From NCBI RefSeq assembly GCF_027359575.1, contig NZ_CP114784.1, forward strand, positions 719,819 through 743,818: a stretch of DNA of 24,000 nucleotides. The letters run 5' to 3'. Shown one piece after another: positions 5,631 to 14,011 of this stretch. The stretch is from Prochlorococcus marinus str. MIT 0917. Lineage in GTDB: Bacteria; Cyanobacteriota; Cyanobacteriia; PCC-6307; Cyanobiaceae. Numbering within the stretch: position 1 is the first letter of the stretch; each line of letters opens with the position of its first letter. Position numbers and translations under genes: made by a program. Below the pieces are notes generated by a model. That model had not been told where the DNA came from. It worked only from the letters and a program-made list of their open reading frames with translations, and did no database searches.

Positions 5631-7967
5631 TTGAGTGGTTTCGGTATAAAGAAAGAAGAGAAAAGTGGCTCTTCTAAAAAACTCCAAAAGCTTTCAGAAA
5701 AGGACCTGAAGGCAAAATCAATCAATAATCATATTAAAGGTAATTTAGATGAAGCTGAAAAAGGTTACATAACTTTTTTAAAAAATGGGTATTCTGATGC
5801 AGATATAATTTCAAATTACGCACTCATATGTGAAGAAAAAGGAGAAAATGATAAAGCTATAAAACTATATAAAAAATGTGCCAAAAGTTATCCAAATCAT
5901 ATTTACACAAAATTAAATTTATCTTTTTTATATTATAAATTAAATAATTTAGAAAAAGCTGCAATAATAATTGAAGAAGCAATTAAATTAAAGCCAAGTC
6001 TTCCAAATAGCTATTGTATTAGAGGATTAATTCTGAAAGGTTTAAATAAATATGATGACGCTCAATTATCACTTCAACAAGCAATCGAACTAGATAATAA
6101 TTACTTTGATGCTTACATAAATCTAGGATTGCTAAATAAAGATTCTAATAAATATGATGAGGCAGAAGAATATTATTTAAAAGCTTTAGAAATCAATAAT
6201 AAATCTGCCATAGCTCATTTAAATCTAGGCGCTTGCTACAAAGAGAAAAAAGAAATAGAAAAGGCAATATTACATACAGAGAAAGCAATAGAGATAGATA
6301 ATAAACTAGAAAAATGTTATTTAAATCTAGCTAGCATATATAACCAAATTGGTGATTATAAAAAATCACTCTCACTTACAAAAAAAGAAATTTTATTGAA
6401 CAAAAATAGTGAATTAAGTTATCAACTTATAAGTGAATTAATTAAAAAAGGAGAATTATTAAATACATCGGAGAAAGATAATAGAGAATTACTTAAAAGT
6501 ATATTAAATAGAAAAGATATTTCTCATCGAGAGCTATTCGGGAATATTAATAGCCTAATCTCCAAAGAAATATTAGAAAAATTATATACTTTAGAATCCG
6601 ATTTGTACGACAGTAATGAATTCAAGATTCTTAGTACGGACAAGGAGTTAGTAAAAGCACTTTCGTTACTAATATTTTGCTCTCCGTTATGGGAAAAAGT
6701 TTTAGGAAATATACGAAAAAATATTCTTCTAAGCTATTCAGACAAAGATAAAGTAAGTAATACTATTCTTGAATTTACAATAGCTCTTGGATCACAATGC
6801 TTCTTAAATGAGTATGTATATTACGTATCTAAAGAAGAAAAAGATAAACTAATAGAACTTAAAAAAACGATCAGAAATAAAAATAATGACTACAAATTAG
6901 CCTTAATATCTTGTTATCAATCTCTATCATCAATAAATAATAAAACAATCGATTTAAATACCTATGTATCAAACAACAAAGAATTCAATAATTTACTGAA
7001 TTTACAATACAAAGAGTTAAATGATGAAAAAAATATATCAAAAGGAATCAAAAAGATAGGAAAGATAAAAGATTCAATATCTAAAGAAGTAAAGAATCAG
7101 TATGAATTAAATCCATATCCTAGATGGAGATATAATTCATATGCTAAAGAAAATAAATTAAACTTTTTTTCAGTTATTAATTCTGAAATCTATCCATATC
7201 AAATTAAATATAATGCAGGTCAATTTGAAAATAAAAAAATAAATATACTTATAGCAGGGTGCGGAACTGGGATTCAAATAATTGAAGCATCTCGATATAG
7301 TAATTGTGAAATAACAGCAATCGATTTAAGCAATTCAAGTATCTCATATGCAAAGAGGAAGGTCGATGAATATGGATTAAAAAATGTAGATTTTATAGAA
7401 ATGGATTTACTTGAATTGAAAGCACTAAATAAAAGATTTGATTTAATAGAATGCTCAGGTGTTCTCCATCATATGAATGATCCTACTAAGGGATTATCAA
7501 ATCTATTTAATGTATTAGAACCAAAAGGGTTTTTAAAGTTAGGTTTTTATAGCAAGCATGCAAGAGAAGGAATACAAAAAGCGAGAAATCTAATCAAAGA
7601 AAAAAATATTAAACCAAACGTTGATGGAATAAGAAGATTCAGAAATGACGTTCTTAATGGAGAAATAAAACAGTTAAATGAAATAACTAATTGGTCAGAT
7701 TTCTACTCAACCTCAATGTGTAGAGATCTCTGCTTTCACAGTCACGAAAACTGTTACTCATTAATTGAAATCAAAGAGATGTTAAAAGTATCTAATCTGG
7801 AATTCCTAGGTTTTACTCTTTCGAAAGATATAAAAGATCAATTTCAGAAAAAGACTAAAAATACAAATTCTTTAAAAGATTTAGAATTATGGGATAAATT
7901 TGAAAAATTAAATCCTAATTCTTTTAGAGAAATGTATCAATTCTGGGCTAGAAAATCAATTGAATAG
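5631..7967 (+). CDS. TPR-repeat protein fused to a class I SAM-dependent methyltransferase (778 aa, TTG start)
   Basis: The N-terminal ~250 aa hold repeated 34-aa TPR-like units (A..Y.KA.E..P). The C-terminus has MTase motif I (INILIAGCGTGIQ), then AIDLS, then DLIECSGVLHHM. An in-frame TAA at 5622-5624 leaves TTG 5631 as the only plausible start. Confidence 0.9.
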   Translation: MSGFGIKKEEKSGSSKKLQKLSEKDLKAKSINNHIKGNLDEAEKGYITFLKNGYSDADIISNYALICEEKGENDKAIKLYKKCAKSYPNHIYTKLNLSFLYYKLNNLEKAAIIIEEAIKLKPSLPNSYCIRGLILKGLNKYDDAQLSLQQAIELDNNYFDAYINLGLLNKDSNKYDEAEEYYLKALEINNKSAIAHLNLGACYKEKKEIEKAILHTEKAIEIDNKLEKCYLNLASIYNQIGDYKKSLSLTKKEILLNKNSELSYQLISELIKKGELLNTSEKDNRELLKSILNRKDISHRELFGNINSLISKEILEKLYTLESDLYDSNEFKILSTDKELVKALSLLIFCSPLWEKVLGNIRKNILLSYSDKDKVSNTILEFTIALGSQCFLNEYVYYVSKEEKDKLIELKKTIRNKNNDYKLALISCYQSLSSINNKTIDLNTYVSNNKEFNNLLNLQYKELNDEKNISKGIKKIGKIKDSISKEVKNQYELNPYPRWRYNSYAKENKLNFFSVINSEIYPYQIKYNAGQFENKKINILIAGCGTGIQIIEASRYSNCEITAIDLSNSSISYAKRKVDEYGLKNVDFIEMDLLELKALNKRFDLIECSGVLHHMNDPTKGLSNLFNVLEPKGFLKLGFYSKHAREGIQKARNLIKEKNIKPNVDGIRRFRNDVLNGEIKQLNEITNWSDFYSTSMCRDLCFHSHENCYSLIEIKEMLKVSNLEFLGFTLSKDIKDQFQKKTKNTNSLKDLELWDKFEKLNPNSFREMYQFWARKSIE

Positions 7968-8123
7968 TTGTTCTTCCAATCCTGGAATGAACATTTTACA
8001 TAGTGAGAAAATAAATAATATTGCTAAAACATTACCTAGCATTGCTATTGCAAAGCGAATTCTTAAATCTTTAGCAAATGGTAGTAGGTTTTCCCAAAGT
8101 TGTAATAATGGTCCGCCTGCCAT
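7956..8123 (-). CDS. possible small membrane protein (55 aa), not in ORF track
   Basis: Hand translation: MAGGPLLQLWENLLPFAKDLRIRFAIAMLGNVLAILFIFSLCKMFIPGLEEQLFN*. It has one TM helix. Its 3' end overlaps the 3' end of the 778-aa gene by 12 nt, convergently. Confidence 0.3.
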   Translation of the reverse strand: MAGGPLLQLWENLLPFAKDLRIRFAIAMLGNVLAILFIFSLCKMFIPGLEEQLFN

Positions 8124-8221
8124 TGGATATTAATGTTTAATTACCAATAGCTTACAGTGGCACTACCTTATTGGCTACATAAAAACCAAGATTTAAGGCA
8201 AAAAGATTCTATTGTTATCTT

Positions 8222-8488
8222 CTAATTCAATTTGCTTCTCATAGCAAATTGAAGTATCAACCCTATCAATATTAGGGCTACAGGGTATAGAAGTATAAAT
8301 AATATATCCGTTAATTTTTCTGGTCTATTCACAATAAATAAACCCACTATAAAAATTATTACTGGCAAAAGGATAAGTGATTTTATTAATAGGCCTTCAT
8401 TCCATTTTTTAATCTCATTATCTTCATCTAATAAAGTTTCCAATTTATCCTTTAAAAGCTCGTCATTAAAATCAGACTGATCGCCCAT
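8222..8488 (-). CDS. hypothetical membrane protein (88 aa)
   Basis: An acidic N-terminal region is followed by two TM helices (LILLPVIIFIVGLFIV; ILFILLYPVALILIGLILQF). Confidence 0.6.
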   Translation of the reverse strand: MGDQSDFNDELLKDKLETLLDEDNEIKKWNEGLLIKSLILLPVIIFIVGLFIVNRPEKLTDILFILLYPVALILIGLILQFAMRSKLN

Positions 8489-8584
8489 TTAATTTTGATA
8501 GTAATAGTACTAATGTAAGGTAAAACAATATGAGACCTTTTTCATTACTATATAGTTTTGATCTAAATCCACACCTATAAAAGA

Positions 8585-8854
8585 ATGAGTGACTTTAATT
8601 ATATAGATTTATTTGGTTTTTTAGCGGCTTTACTCACTACCATTGCTTTTTTACCTCAATTGTATAAAACATGGCAAACAAAATCAGCTGATGATGTTTC
8701 ATTAATTATGTTAATTCTTTTTATAACAGGCCTTTTTTGTTGGATTATTTACGGCTTAAAAATTAATTCTTTTCCTATCATAATTGCTAATATTATTACT
8801 TTTATTTTTAATTTTTCAATTTTAATTTTAAAAATTACATATAGAAAAAAATAA
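8585..8854 (+). CDS. PQ-loop / SemiSWEET-type 3-TM transporter (89 aa)
   Basis: It has a single MtN3/PQ-loop unit: LTTIAFLPQLYKTWQTKSADDVSL, then WIIYG, then PIIIANI. Size and 3-TM layout match bacterial SemiSWEETs. Confidence 0.85.
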   Translation: MSDFNYIDLFGFLAALLTTIAFLPQLYKTWQTKSADDVSLIMLILFITGLFCWIIYGLKINSFPIIIANIITFIFNFSILILKITYRKK

Positions 8855-8941
8855 ACACGGCTGAGATTCTTTTATATATATTAAATTATTTTTCTATAGC
8901 TCCTATAGAAGCTATAGTTACTTAAGAATTGAACTAATTAA

Positions 8942-9103
8942 ATGCCTGTAGAAGAACTACAAATTATTGGGAAATCTTTAGCTTTGCATCCTCCCGTAAT
9001 GATAATCACACTTGGTTTATTCATGTACATTAGAGGTAAAGCTATTGCAAGCAGCAATCCAACAAAAAAAGTTACTCCGTTTTTTCCTTTTAGAAACGTT
9101 TAA
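8942..9103 (+). CDS. possible small membrane protein (53 aa), not in ORF track
   Basis: Hand translation: MPVEELQIIGKSLALHPPVMIITLGLFMYIRGKAIASSNPTKKVTPFFPFRNV*. It has one TM helix and fills an otherwise empty 296-nt gap. Confidence 0.3.
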   Translation: MPVEELQIIGKSLALHPPVMIITLGLFMYIRGKAIASSNPTKKVTPFFPFRNV

Positions 9104-9150
9104 AAATATAATTAATCAACCTTTTGCGAATAAATTAGTTTAGTTAGTAA

Positions 9151-9672
9151 TCAACCAAAAGGATTAGTTCCTTTAAGTGGTCCTACAAATAGAAATTCCA
9201 TAACAGCACCTGTTATTGCAACAGGAAAAACCCAAATAGACATAAATCTAATTCCCATAAATTTCATTCCACCTTTCCCTGCAAATGCGTCTTTAGTCAT
9301 TGTGTAGACGGTTTCAGTATCACTTACGGTGTATGAATTTTCTCCTGGGCTAGAGTAAGGCTGAGCAAAATTCATATTATTTATTAAATTTCTAACTTTG
9401 TTATGCAGGACTATTGGCCAAACCCACAAGAAAAATATACGACTAGCAAATGCAAAAGTATCTGATTGAGGAATTCCTAATTGCTTATTTGCTTTATCTT
9501 TTGGGAAAGCATCCTCGATAATCTCTGAAATCAGATTTTGATCTGTTGGGAATACAACTTTTGTATTAATGACGTTGGATTGATCAACGGAAGAAACGAT
9601 TTCGTTTTCAGTATTTTCTAAAACAGCCGTAGAGCTATTATTTTCATTCAAATTTGATTCTTGACTTTCCAT
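9151..9672 (-). CDS. hypothetical membrane protein with acidic disordered N-terminus (173 aa)
   Basis: The N-terminal ~60 aa are Asn/Glu/Ser-rich. Two hydrophobic segments follow (FAFASRIFFLWVWPIVL; FMSIWVFPVAITGAVMEFLFV). No family recognised. Confidence 0.7.
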   Translation of the reverse strand: MESQESNLNENNSSTAVLENTENEIVSSVDQSNVINTKVVFPTDQNLISEIIEDAFPKDKANKQLGIPQSDTFAFASRIFFLWVWPIVLHNKVRNLINNMNFAQPYSSPGENSYTVSDTETVYTMTKDAFAGKGGMKFMGIRFMSIWVFPVAITGAVMEFLFVGPLKGTNPFG

Positions 9673-9781
9673 AACAAACTTCCGTTTTGAAAAGATTATA
9701 AGTCGTCTTGGTTATTTTTGATTAAAGAAATATATAATTTAAAAATATTAAATAGAAATTTTAATTATCTTTTTAATCAAT

Positions 9782-9813
9782 AAAAAAAGGCTTACCTGCT
9801 GATAAGCCTTTTT
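9782..9813 (-). terminator. rho-independent terminator after the 97-aa gene (possibly bidirectional)
   Basis: The stem aaggctta (9787-9794) pairs with taagcctt (9803-9810). It is flanked by an A-run upstream and a T-run downstream on the plus strand, which gives a U-tract on the minus strand. Confidence 0.75.
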
Positions 9814-9831
9814 CTATTTTTATTTTTTTAT

Positions 9832-10125
9832 TTAAGCGTTTATTACACCACGGCGAATAAATTGCATTGCAAATATTGCTCCAAGGAAAAACACTGTTGG
9901 AATACCCAATGCATTCACTGCCAAAGTCCTAACAGTGAAAACTGGGTAGCCACCTGCTGGTCTTCCTTTATCAGCAACAATTGCAGTGTCTTCCCAAACT
10001 TGTTCGTTTTTAATAGTAGGGCCATTATCCCAGACAAATACTCCCCATCTACGTAACCAATAATCAGCAAAGGCAAGAGTAAAAATAACTGGAGAAAGAA
10101 CCAGCAATAATTTAAGTGTGTTCAT
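9832..10125 (-). CDS. hypothetical membrane protein (97 aa)
   Basis: An N-terminal hydrophobic or signal-like helix and a C-terminal TM ([19 protein letters not shown]) flank a conserved-looking loop ([16 protein letters not shown]). I could not place it in a named family. Confidence 0.75.
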   Translation of the reverse strand: MNTLKLLLVLSPVIFTLAFADYWLRRWGVFVWDNGPTIKNEQVWEDTAIVADKGRPAGGYPVFTVRTLAVNALGIPTVFFLGAIFAMQFIRRGVINA

Positions 10126-10320
10126 CCATCTAGGATATTTATGTCACAAATCCTGGCATATGAGAGCCAAAAAGGCTGATCAAGAAGAAGACCCTAAGGA
10201 TTCTGTAACAAATTAATCCAATTTCAGAAGCTTTAAAGACTCCTTTATACCTCTAGCTTTACTTCTGATAAGGTAGTTTTATTGCCTTATGGCAGGCCTA
10301 TAAATTATTGGTTTTTATTT

Positions 10321-10755
10321 ATGGAATTTGGTTTCAAAGAAATCCTTTTTGGACTTGCTGGGGTCAGCATGATTGCTTGGGCCGGAGTTATTGGCCTATG
10401 GCATACCTATATGTTTCCAACATTTTTCAAAGAAGATTCCAGTCGAATTAATAGTACTTCTCCAGTAGGTTCTGCTCAGTCAGGAACTAATGCGAACGGC
10501 TCCAACAAACCATGGTTCATTGATGATGAAGGTGGGACACTCACACCTAATTCAGCACTGGGTGCTATCGGTCTTAGCGATAGAGGGAAGTACAGCAAAA
10601 AATCTTTTGTAGTTGCTGATTTCAATCCTGTTGAAGCTGGCTATGGAGTTAACAGGCTTTACACCTCTATTTTGATTGGTTTAGCTATAAGTACTTTTGT
10701 AATAATTTCCTTTGGACTACAAAGTGGATTTGGAATGATGGGACCAAGCTTATAA
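10321..10755 (+). CDS. hypothetical membrane protein (144 aa from ATG 10321; the ORF track uses TTG 10282)
   Basis: TM helices sit at both ends (ILFGLAGVSMIAWAGVIGLW; LYTSILIGLAISTFVIISFGL). A strong terminator follows. The ATG at 10321 lies immediately before the first TM and is preferred over the upstream TTG. Confidence 0.7.
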   Translation: MEFGFKEILFGLAGVSMIAWAGVIGLWHTYMFPTFFKEDSSRINSTSPVGSAQSGTNANGSNKPWFIDDEGGTLTPNSALGAIGLSDRGKYSKKSFVVADFNPVEAGYGVNRLYTSILIGLAISTFVIISFGLQSGFGMMGPSL

Positions 10756-10830
10756 ATTGATTCAACTTAAAACTAAGAAATAAACAATTAGCAAAAATAA
10801 TTTAATCTAAACCAATTCAATTCATCCTAA

Positions 10831-10866
10831 AGTCAAACTCTATAATTTGGAGTTTGACTTTTTTTA
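10831..10866 (+). terminator. rho-independent terminator
   Basis: A perfect 10-bp stem, agtcaaactc (10831-10840) with gagtttgact (10850-10859), has a 9-nt loop and is followed by a T-run. Confidence 0.85.
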
Positions 10867-11221
10867 AGAGAATAATTTTCTTGACCACAAATGTTTTCAG
10901 ATAAAGATCTTTTGTAAATGAGATTTTGGGTAATTTTTGAAAATTTTGAATCTATTTTATTAAAAATATCTAGCATTTTAATTTTTTTCTGAAAAATTTC
11001 CAATCATTTTCTCTTCAAACCCTTTGCATCACTTAGTTTAAGAATGAAGATGATCATGTAAAGCAAAATGGAAAATGAGTTTCCTAGTAGATAGGAAAAC
11101 GAATATTGACTTTTTCATGTATCAAAAATCAATATTCAATGGACAAGAAAATTTAAAAAAAACCAAATTCACTCTAAATGTGCAAAGCTGCTTTAAAATA
11201 TACTTGATTTTAAATTGCTCC

Positions 11222-11737
11222 ATGACTGTAGGAATCTACTTCGCTACAACAACAGGTAAAACCGAAGATATAGCGGAAAGGCTGCACGGCTTACTTGACT
11301 CTGCTGAAGCTCCAAAGGATATTTCAGACGTCGATGACCTTAGTGAACTAGCCGGACATGATGGGGTTATTTGTGGAATCCCTACATGGAATACTGGTGC
11401 AGACTCTGAGAGATCAGGAACTGCCTGGGACTCAATCCTTGAAGACATTGGAGAACTAAGTCTTAGTGGCAAGAAAGTTGCGATTTTTGGTTTAGGTGAT
11501 TCTTCTACTTACACCGAAAACTATTGCGATGCAATGGAAGAACTTCATAGGTACTTCAAGCAAGCAGGTGCTTCAATGGTTGGTTACACTTCTAAAGGTG
11601 ATTACACCTTTGACGAGTCAAAAAGTGTTGTTGGAGAAGAATTCTGCGGATTACCTCTTGATGAAGACAGTGAATCAGACATGACTGATGAAAGGCTTTC
11701 AGGATGGGCTGAGAAGCTAAAAGGCGAGATGTTTTAA
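11222..11737 (+). CDS. isiB: flavodoxin (long-chain), 171 aa
   Basis: MTVGIYFATTTGKTEDIAE is the flavodoxin FMN phosphate-binding signature (T-x-T-G-x-T). It is followed by GIPTWNTG and AIFGLGD. The 49-codon N-terminal extension in the ORF track has no counterpart in flavodoxins. Confidence 0.95.
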   Translation: MTVGIYFATTTGKTEDIAERLHGLLDSAEAPKDISDVDDLSELAGHDGVICGIPTWNTGADSERSGTAWDSILEDIGELSLSGKKVAIFGLGDSSTYTENYCDAMEELHRYFKQAGASMVGYTSKGDYTFDESKSVVGEEFCGLPLDEDSESDMTDERLSGWAEKLKGEMF

Positions 11738-11758
11738 GCCTTAAACAAAAACTTCTAG

Positions 11759-11793
11759 ATCTTCCTAAGTCCTTACTTAGGAAGATTTTTTTT
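11759..11793 (+). terminator. rho-independent terminator of isiB
   Basis: A perfect 12-bp stem, atcttcctaagt (11759-11770) with acttaggaagat (11775-11786), has loop cctt and is followed by 7 T. Confidence 0.9.
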
Positions 11794-11917
11794 GTCGATT
11801 TTTAATAAAAGTAAAAATTCTGAAAAGATAAATTATAAATATCCCTAAAAAAGTCATTTTCTGAAGCTATTTAAGAAATACACCCAAACAGCCCGATAAT
11901 ATCTTAATGTTTTCTTT

Positions 11918-12157
11918 ATGAACTCAAACAACTGCTCGGGTCAAAACGTTTCTATAAACGTAAATCTTTCTTTAAAAGATGAGACTTTGCGAATGCTGAT
12001 AGAGATGGCAAATGATATGGGCGCAAGTCTTGAGGATGTAATAAGCTCAATAACTGAAGACTCGGTAATTGATTTAGAGAGACTTCAGGATGATCTAGGC
12101 ATTGTTATCATCCCCGAAAAATGTAGTAAACAAGATTTAATAAATTCGATTCAATAA
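11918..12157 (+). CDS. small hypothetical protein with a possible ribbon-helix-helix N-terminal half (79 aa)
   Basis: VSINVNLSLKDETLRMLIEMANDMGASLEDVISSI fits a beta-strand / helix / helix RHH pattern by eye. There is no adjacent toxin-like partner. Confidence 0.5.
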   Translation: MNSNNCSGQNVSINVNLSLKDETLRMLIEMANDMGASLEDVISSITEDSVIDLERLQDDLGIVIIPEKCSKQDLINSIQ

Positions 12158-12172
12158 ATATTGGATGTTTTT

Positions 12173-14011
12173 TTAAAATCTTTCAGGTCTAGGATTTTTC
12201 CAAGTAGAAATAACACCCTCTTTTTTCAAAGTTTTAGCTCGTCTTTCAAGAATTTCTCTATCAAGTCTCCAAACGCTATAAACACCAAAATTACCTATGA
12301 CTTTTGGATTAAGTCCTTGCCAATAAGTTTTTTCCGCTGATCTTTTATCAATTACTAAAAGAGTAGTTTCTGAGCCATTGGATCCATATATTGGCCTTCC
12401 TTTCCAGCCTCTTCTTTTCTCATTATTTAGTCGATCTGAAATATTTACAAAAGCATTTTCAGATCTACCTTCAAAAATAATGACCTGATTGGTATAAAAA
12501 TGAATTGATGGTTTCATAGCTCCTACCATTACTAAAGGTTCGTTTTTGCTTCGAGAATTTAAAAGTGATTCTGAGGCTTGCCTTAAGGGGAGTTGTCTCA
12601 ACCTATCTGCTAAATCAAAAGTTGGTAATACGACCAAAAAATGGGATAAAACTATAGGGATTTGCAAAATCAATAGTTTGCCATATATTTTTTTAGAGGA
12701 AAATATGATTCCTAGCGCAGCAATTAAAAGAAAAATAAATCCGGCTTTTTCAATTAAAAAGCTTTTGGTTAATTCTTCTACAAAATTGGGAATCTCAGGA
12801 TCATTAAGAAACTGAATCCATAGCTTTGAAGAGAAGAGAAATATGGAAAAGAGTATTGATAAGAATATTGTAAATTTCCAAGCCAGAGATTTTAAAAATT
12901 CCTCTTTTATATTATTGGTTAAGGAAAGTGATATTAAAAGTGAGGCTGCAGGAGTAGCAGGAAGCCAATAACTCGGAAGTTTTGTAGCTGAAATAGTAAA
13001 GAAGACAAATACAGCAACTAACCAAAAAAATGAGAACTCAAATAATGATTCCTCTGGTTTTTTAATAAGCCTTCTAGGCCATTTAGATATATTGCAAAAA
13101 TTCTTCCAAATACTTATTAATAAAAATGGCGTAAAAGGTAAAGAGGCTATACATAACACTATTAAAAAAAACCACCAAGGTTCACCATGAGAATTTACTA
13201 CCGAGGTAAATCTTTGAAGGTTATGGTATCCAAAAAAACTATCTAGGAAGGGCTTTCCCTCTATTAATAATTCAATTAAGTACCAAGGAAAACTAATAAC
13301 AAAAACAAGAAAAAATCCTGGAAGTAGCCTCAATATTTTTAAAATTCCAATAAAATTATTTTGAAATAAGCCAAAAAATAAAATTGTTAATCCTGATAAA
13401 ACTAACGCGACAGGACCTTTAGTTAAAACTGCTAATGATAAAAAAATCCAAGACAACCACCAAACTTCTCCTTTTGGATTAGCGAATCTTCTCCATTGAA
13501 AAAGCAAGCAACTTCCTAGAGTGCTACAAAGAAGTGCGTCACTTACAGCAATCCTTCCCCAAATTATTACCAAAGGCGACAATGCAAATACTAGAGAAGT
13601 AACAACTGCAATTCTTCTATTGAAATTATTTTCTTCTTGGGGATATTTCATCATTGTGTCCCCTAGAACAAGCATTAAAAAAATTGTTGACAATGCAGAA
13701 GGAAGCCTGGCAGCCCAGGTGCCTAAAGGATCCCAAGAGTTGTTCCCTGGGATTGAATACCCCAGCCCCATCAACCAATAAACCAAAGGAGGCTTATCAA
13801 ATCGAGGTAATCCATTTACTTGAGGAGTGAACCAATTCCCCGTTTCTGCCATTGCTCTACTAGCTGCAGCAAACAAAGGTGGTGTTTCATCCACTAAACC
13901 TGTTGTGCCTAATTGCCAAACAAAAATTATTAATCCAATAAATAAAATACAAAGAAGACCACGTCTTCTTTGTTTTAAACTTGCGTAAAAAGAGTTAGTT
14001 AAACTTTTCAA
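12173..14011 (-). CDS. ArnT/PMT-like (GT-C fold) polyprenyl-phosphate-sugar-dependent glycosyltransferase (612 aa, TTG start)
   Basis: It is polytopic and has the family-typical N-terminal loop motifs (VDETPPLF ... RFDKPPLVYWLMG). A soluble C-terminal ~150 aa domain follows. The TTG start abuts the stop of the upstream GT4 gene. Confidence 0.85.
   Translation of the reverse strand: MKSLTNSFYASLKQRRRGLLCILFIGLIIFVWQLGTTGLVDETPPLFAAASRAMAETGNWFTPQVNGLPRFDKPPLVYWLMGLGYSIPGNNSWDPLGTWAARLPSALSTIFLMLVLGDTMMKYPQEENNFNRRIAVVTSLVFALSPLVIIWGRIAVSDALLCSTLGSCLLFQWRRFANPKGEVWWLSWIFLSLAVLTKGPVALVLSGLTILFFGLFQNNFIGILKILRLLPGFFLVFVISFPWYLIELLIEGKPFLDSFFGYHNLQRFTSVVNSHGEPWWFFLIVLCIASLPFTPFLLISIWKNFCNISKWPRRLIKKPEESLFEFSFFWLVAVFVFFTISATKLPSYWLPATPAASLLISLSLTNNIKEEFLKSLAWKFTIFLSILFSIFLFSSKLWIQFLNDPEIPNFVEELTKSFLIEKAGFIFLLIAALGIIFSSKKIYGKLLILQIPIVLSHFLVVLPTFDLADRLRQLPLRQASESLLNSRSKNEPLVMVGAMKPSIHFYTNQVIIFEGRSENAFVNISDRLNNEKRRGWKGRPIYGSNGSETTLLVIDKRSAEKTYWQGLNPKVIGNFGVYSVWRLDREILERRAKTLKKEGVISTWKNPRPERF

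Noticed and set aside
8894-8917. Hairpin ctatagct/agctatag after the SemiSWEET gene, considered as a terminator
   Set aside because: It has an 8-bp all-weak stem with an 8-nt loop and no downstream T-tract. It is plausible, but too weak to annotate in AT-rich DNA.
9862-10056. 64-aa plus-strand Cys-rich ORF
   Set aside because: It lies entirely inside, and antisense to, the 97-aa membrane-protein gene, which has its own terminator.
11075-11221. 49-codon N-terminal extension of flavodoxin in the ORF track
   Set aside because: Flavodoxins start a few residues before the T-x-T-G-x-T loop. The extension is AT-rich and low-complexity and overlaps the expected promoter and leader.
11236-11684. ORFs 11236-11472 (-) and 11496-11684 (+) inside isiB
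   Set aside because: They are out-of-frame or antisense shadows of a confidently identified gene.
12546-13781. Plus-strand ORFs 12546-12815 and 13521-13781
   Set aside because: They are antisense to the ArnT-like gene, which has family motifs.
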